Position numbers and translations under genes: made by a program
In this document: positions 63,401 through 64,000 of the stretch, one piece after another
Numbering within the stretch: the stretch's first letter is position 1
How the letters are laid out: every line of letters starts with the position of its first letter
Notes under the pieces: generated by a model
Seen by the model: only the letters and a program-made list of their open reading frames with translations
Database searches by the model: none
Told to the model about the DNA's origin: nothing
Assembly (NCBI GenBank): GCA_004431415.1
Contig: QPMI01000233.1
Span: 99,214 to 163,213 of the forward strand
Length of the DNA stretch: 64,000 nucleotides
Direction of reading: 5' to 3'
Origin: Cyanophora paradoxa CCMP329
Lineage: Eukaryota; Plantae; Glaucophyta

Positions 63401-64000
63401 TGGGGACGCACTCACTCACGCAGTACATCGTCGTGCTCGCGGACCCGGGGACCGTTTCTCCGTCCCTCCTCGTCGCGTCGACAGTGAGCTCAAGCCTGAC
63501 CGCGACCAGCCTGAACGTCGCCGCCTCCTTCATGACGAACCGGGGAATAAGCATCCTCGAAGTCAACTGCACGGCTGATAGTGGCGTGCGAGCGGCAACG
63601 GGGAGGCGAGCAGTGAGCGATGCGGACGCAGGAGGAACGATGGTACCAATCACAATCATTCCACGCTACGCGGGGTCATTCAGCATTGACTGCACGTGCT
63701 CCGCGCTCTCATCGGATTCACTGCTCCTGTCATCCGTGCCTCTGGGCACTCAGATCGTCTTAGCTGGTGCGGCTTGACTTGTGACCCTTACAGCTATATA
63801 TTCTTCTCCACTCGGCCATTTATTCAGCTTTCTCGCGCAGCGCGCCCTGGGAGCCCCTCCATCGCGTCGGCCGCGGCGACGAACGCAACACGCGTCGCGA
63901 TTCTCCTCAAGTTCACCGCCGGTCAGAGCGTGGTGGCGTTGGAGCTGGCGTGCGCGGGCTTCGGCGGCCCGTACGCAAAGAGCGTCGCGGTCACCGACGC
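60458..64000 (+). CDS. 5' part of a paralog of the giant kelch/Ig-like-repeat receptor kinase (runs off the window; apparent +1 frameshift at ~63342)
   Basis: Same exon series as 28200-31800(-): CGLLPCALGQ|GYGVSFAE...AGRYNHG.VSYRAPDQR, ELDLAGGGPK.WR, GTLAPLTASWTQPAPGG, LELFANGSV, NATRV...FTAGQSV. Start codon uncertain; kinase not within the window. Confidence 0.85.

Overview
Eukaryotic, very GC-rich, intron-dense genomic DNA. Introns are mostly ~45-130 nt with GTGCGC/GTGAGC-type donors, a CTGAC/CTCAC branch point and YAG acceptors. This resembles an alga/protist such as a glaucophyte, but the taxon cannot be proven here. Most long six-frame ORFs are GC shadows, so genes were rebuilt by manual splicing. 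Layout: (1) 3' part of a probable JmjC chromatin protein (1-6569). (2) A probably truncated secreted lectin-like/Ser-Pro/IPT gene (~8.2-10.8 kb). (3) A ~20-kb minus-strand receptor-like Ser/Thr kinase gene. Its ectodomain is a kelch propeller, ~28 one-exon Ig-like repeats (a recent 1.27-kb tandem array), a second kelch propeller and a SEA-like domain. (4) A compact housekeeping cluster: organelle-targeted protein, SAM methyltransferase, TPX2, Rab2, TRAX, cyclin C. (5) A degenerate TA-flanked DNA transposon containing a ~148-bp satellite, into which an 11.6-kb LINE has inserted with a ~20-bp TSD. (6) The 5' part of a divergently oriented paralog of the receptor kinase. Most unusual: the LINE is about one complete copy but circularly permuted and inverted relative to its poly(A) end; its RNase H is split by ~1,200 aa containing two Ulp1-like protease domains; and the receptor paralogs have highly divergent N-terminal kelch loops next to nearly identical stalk exons.
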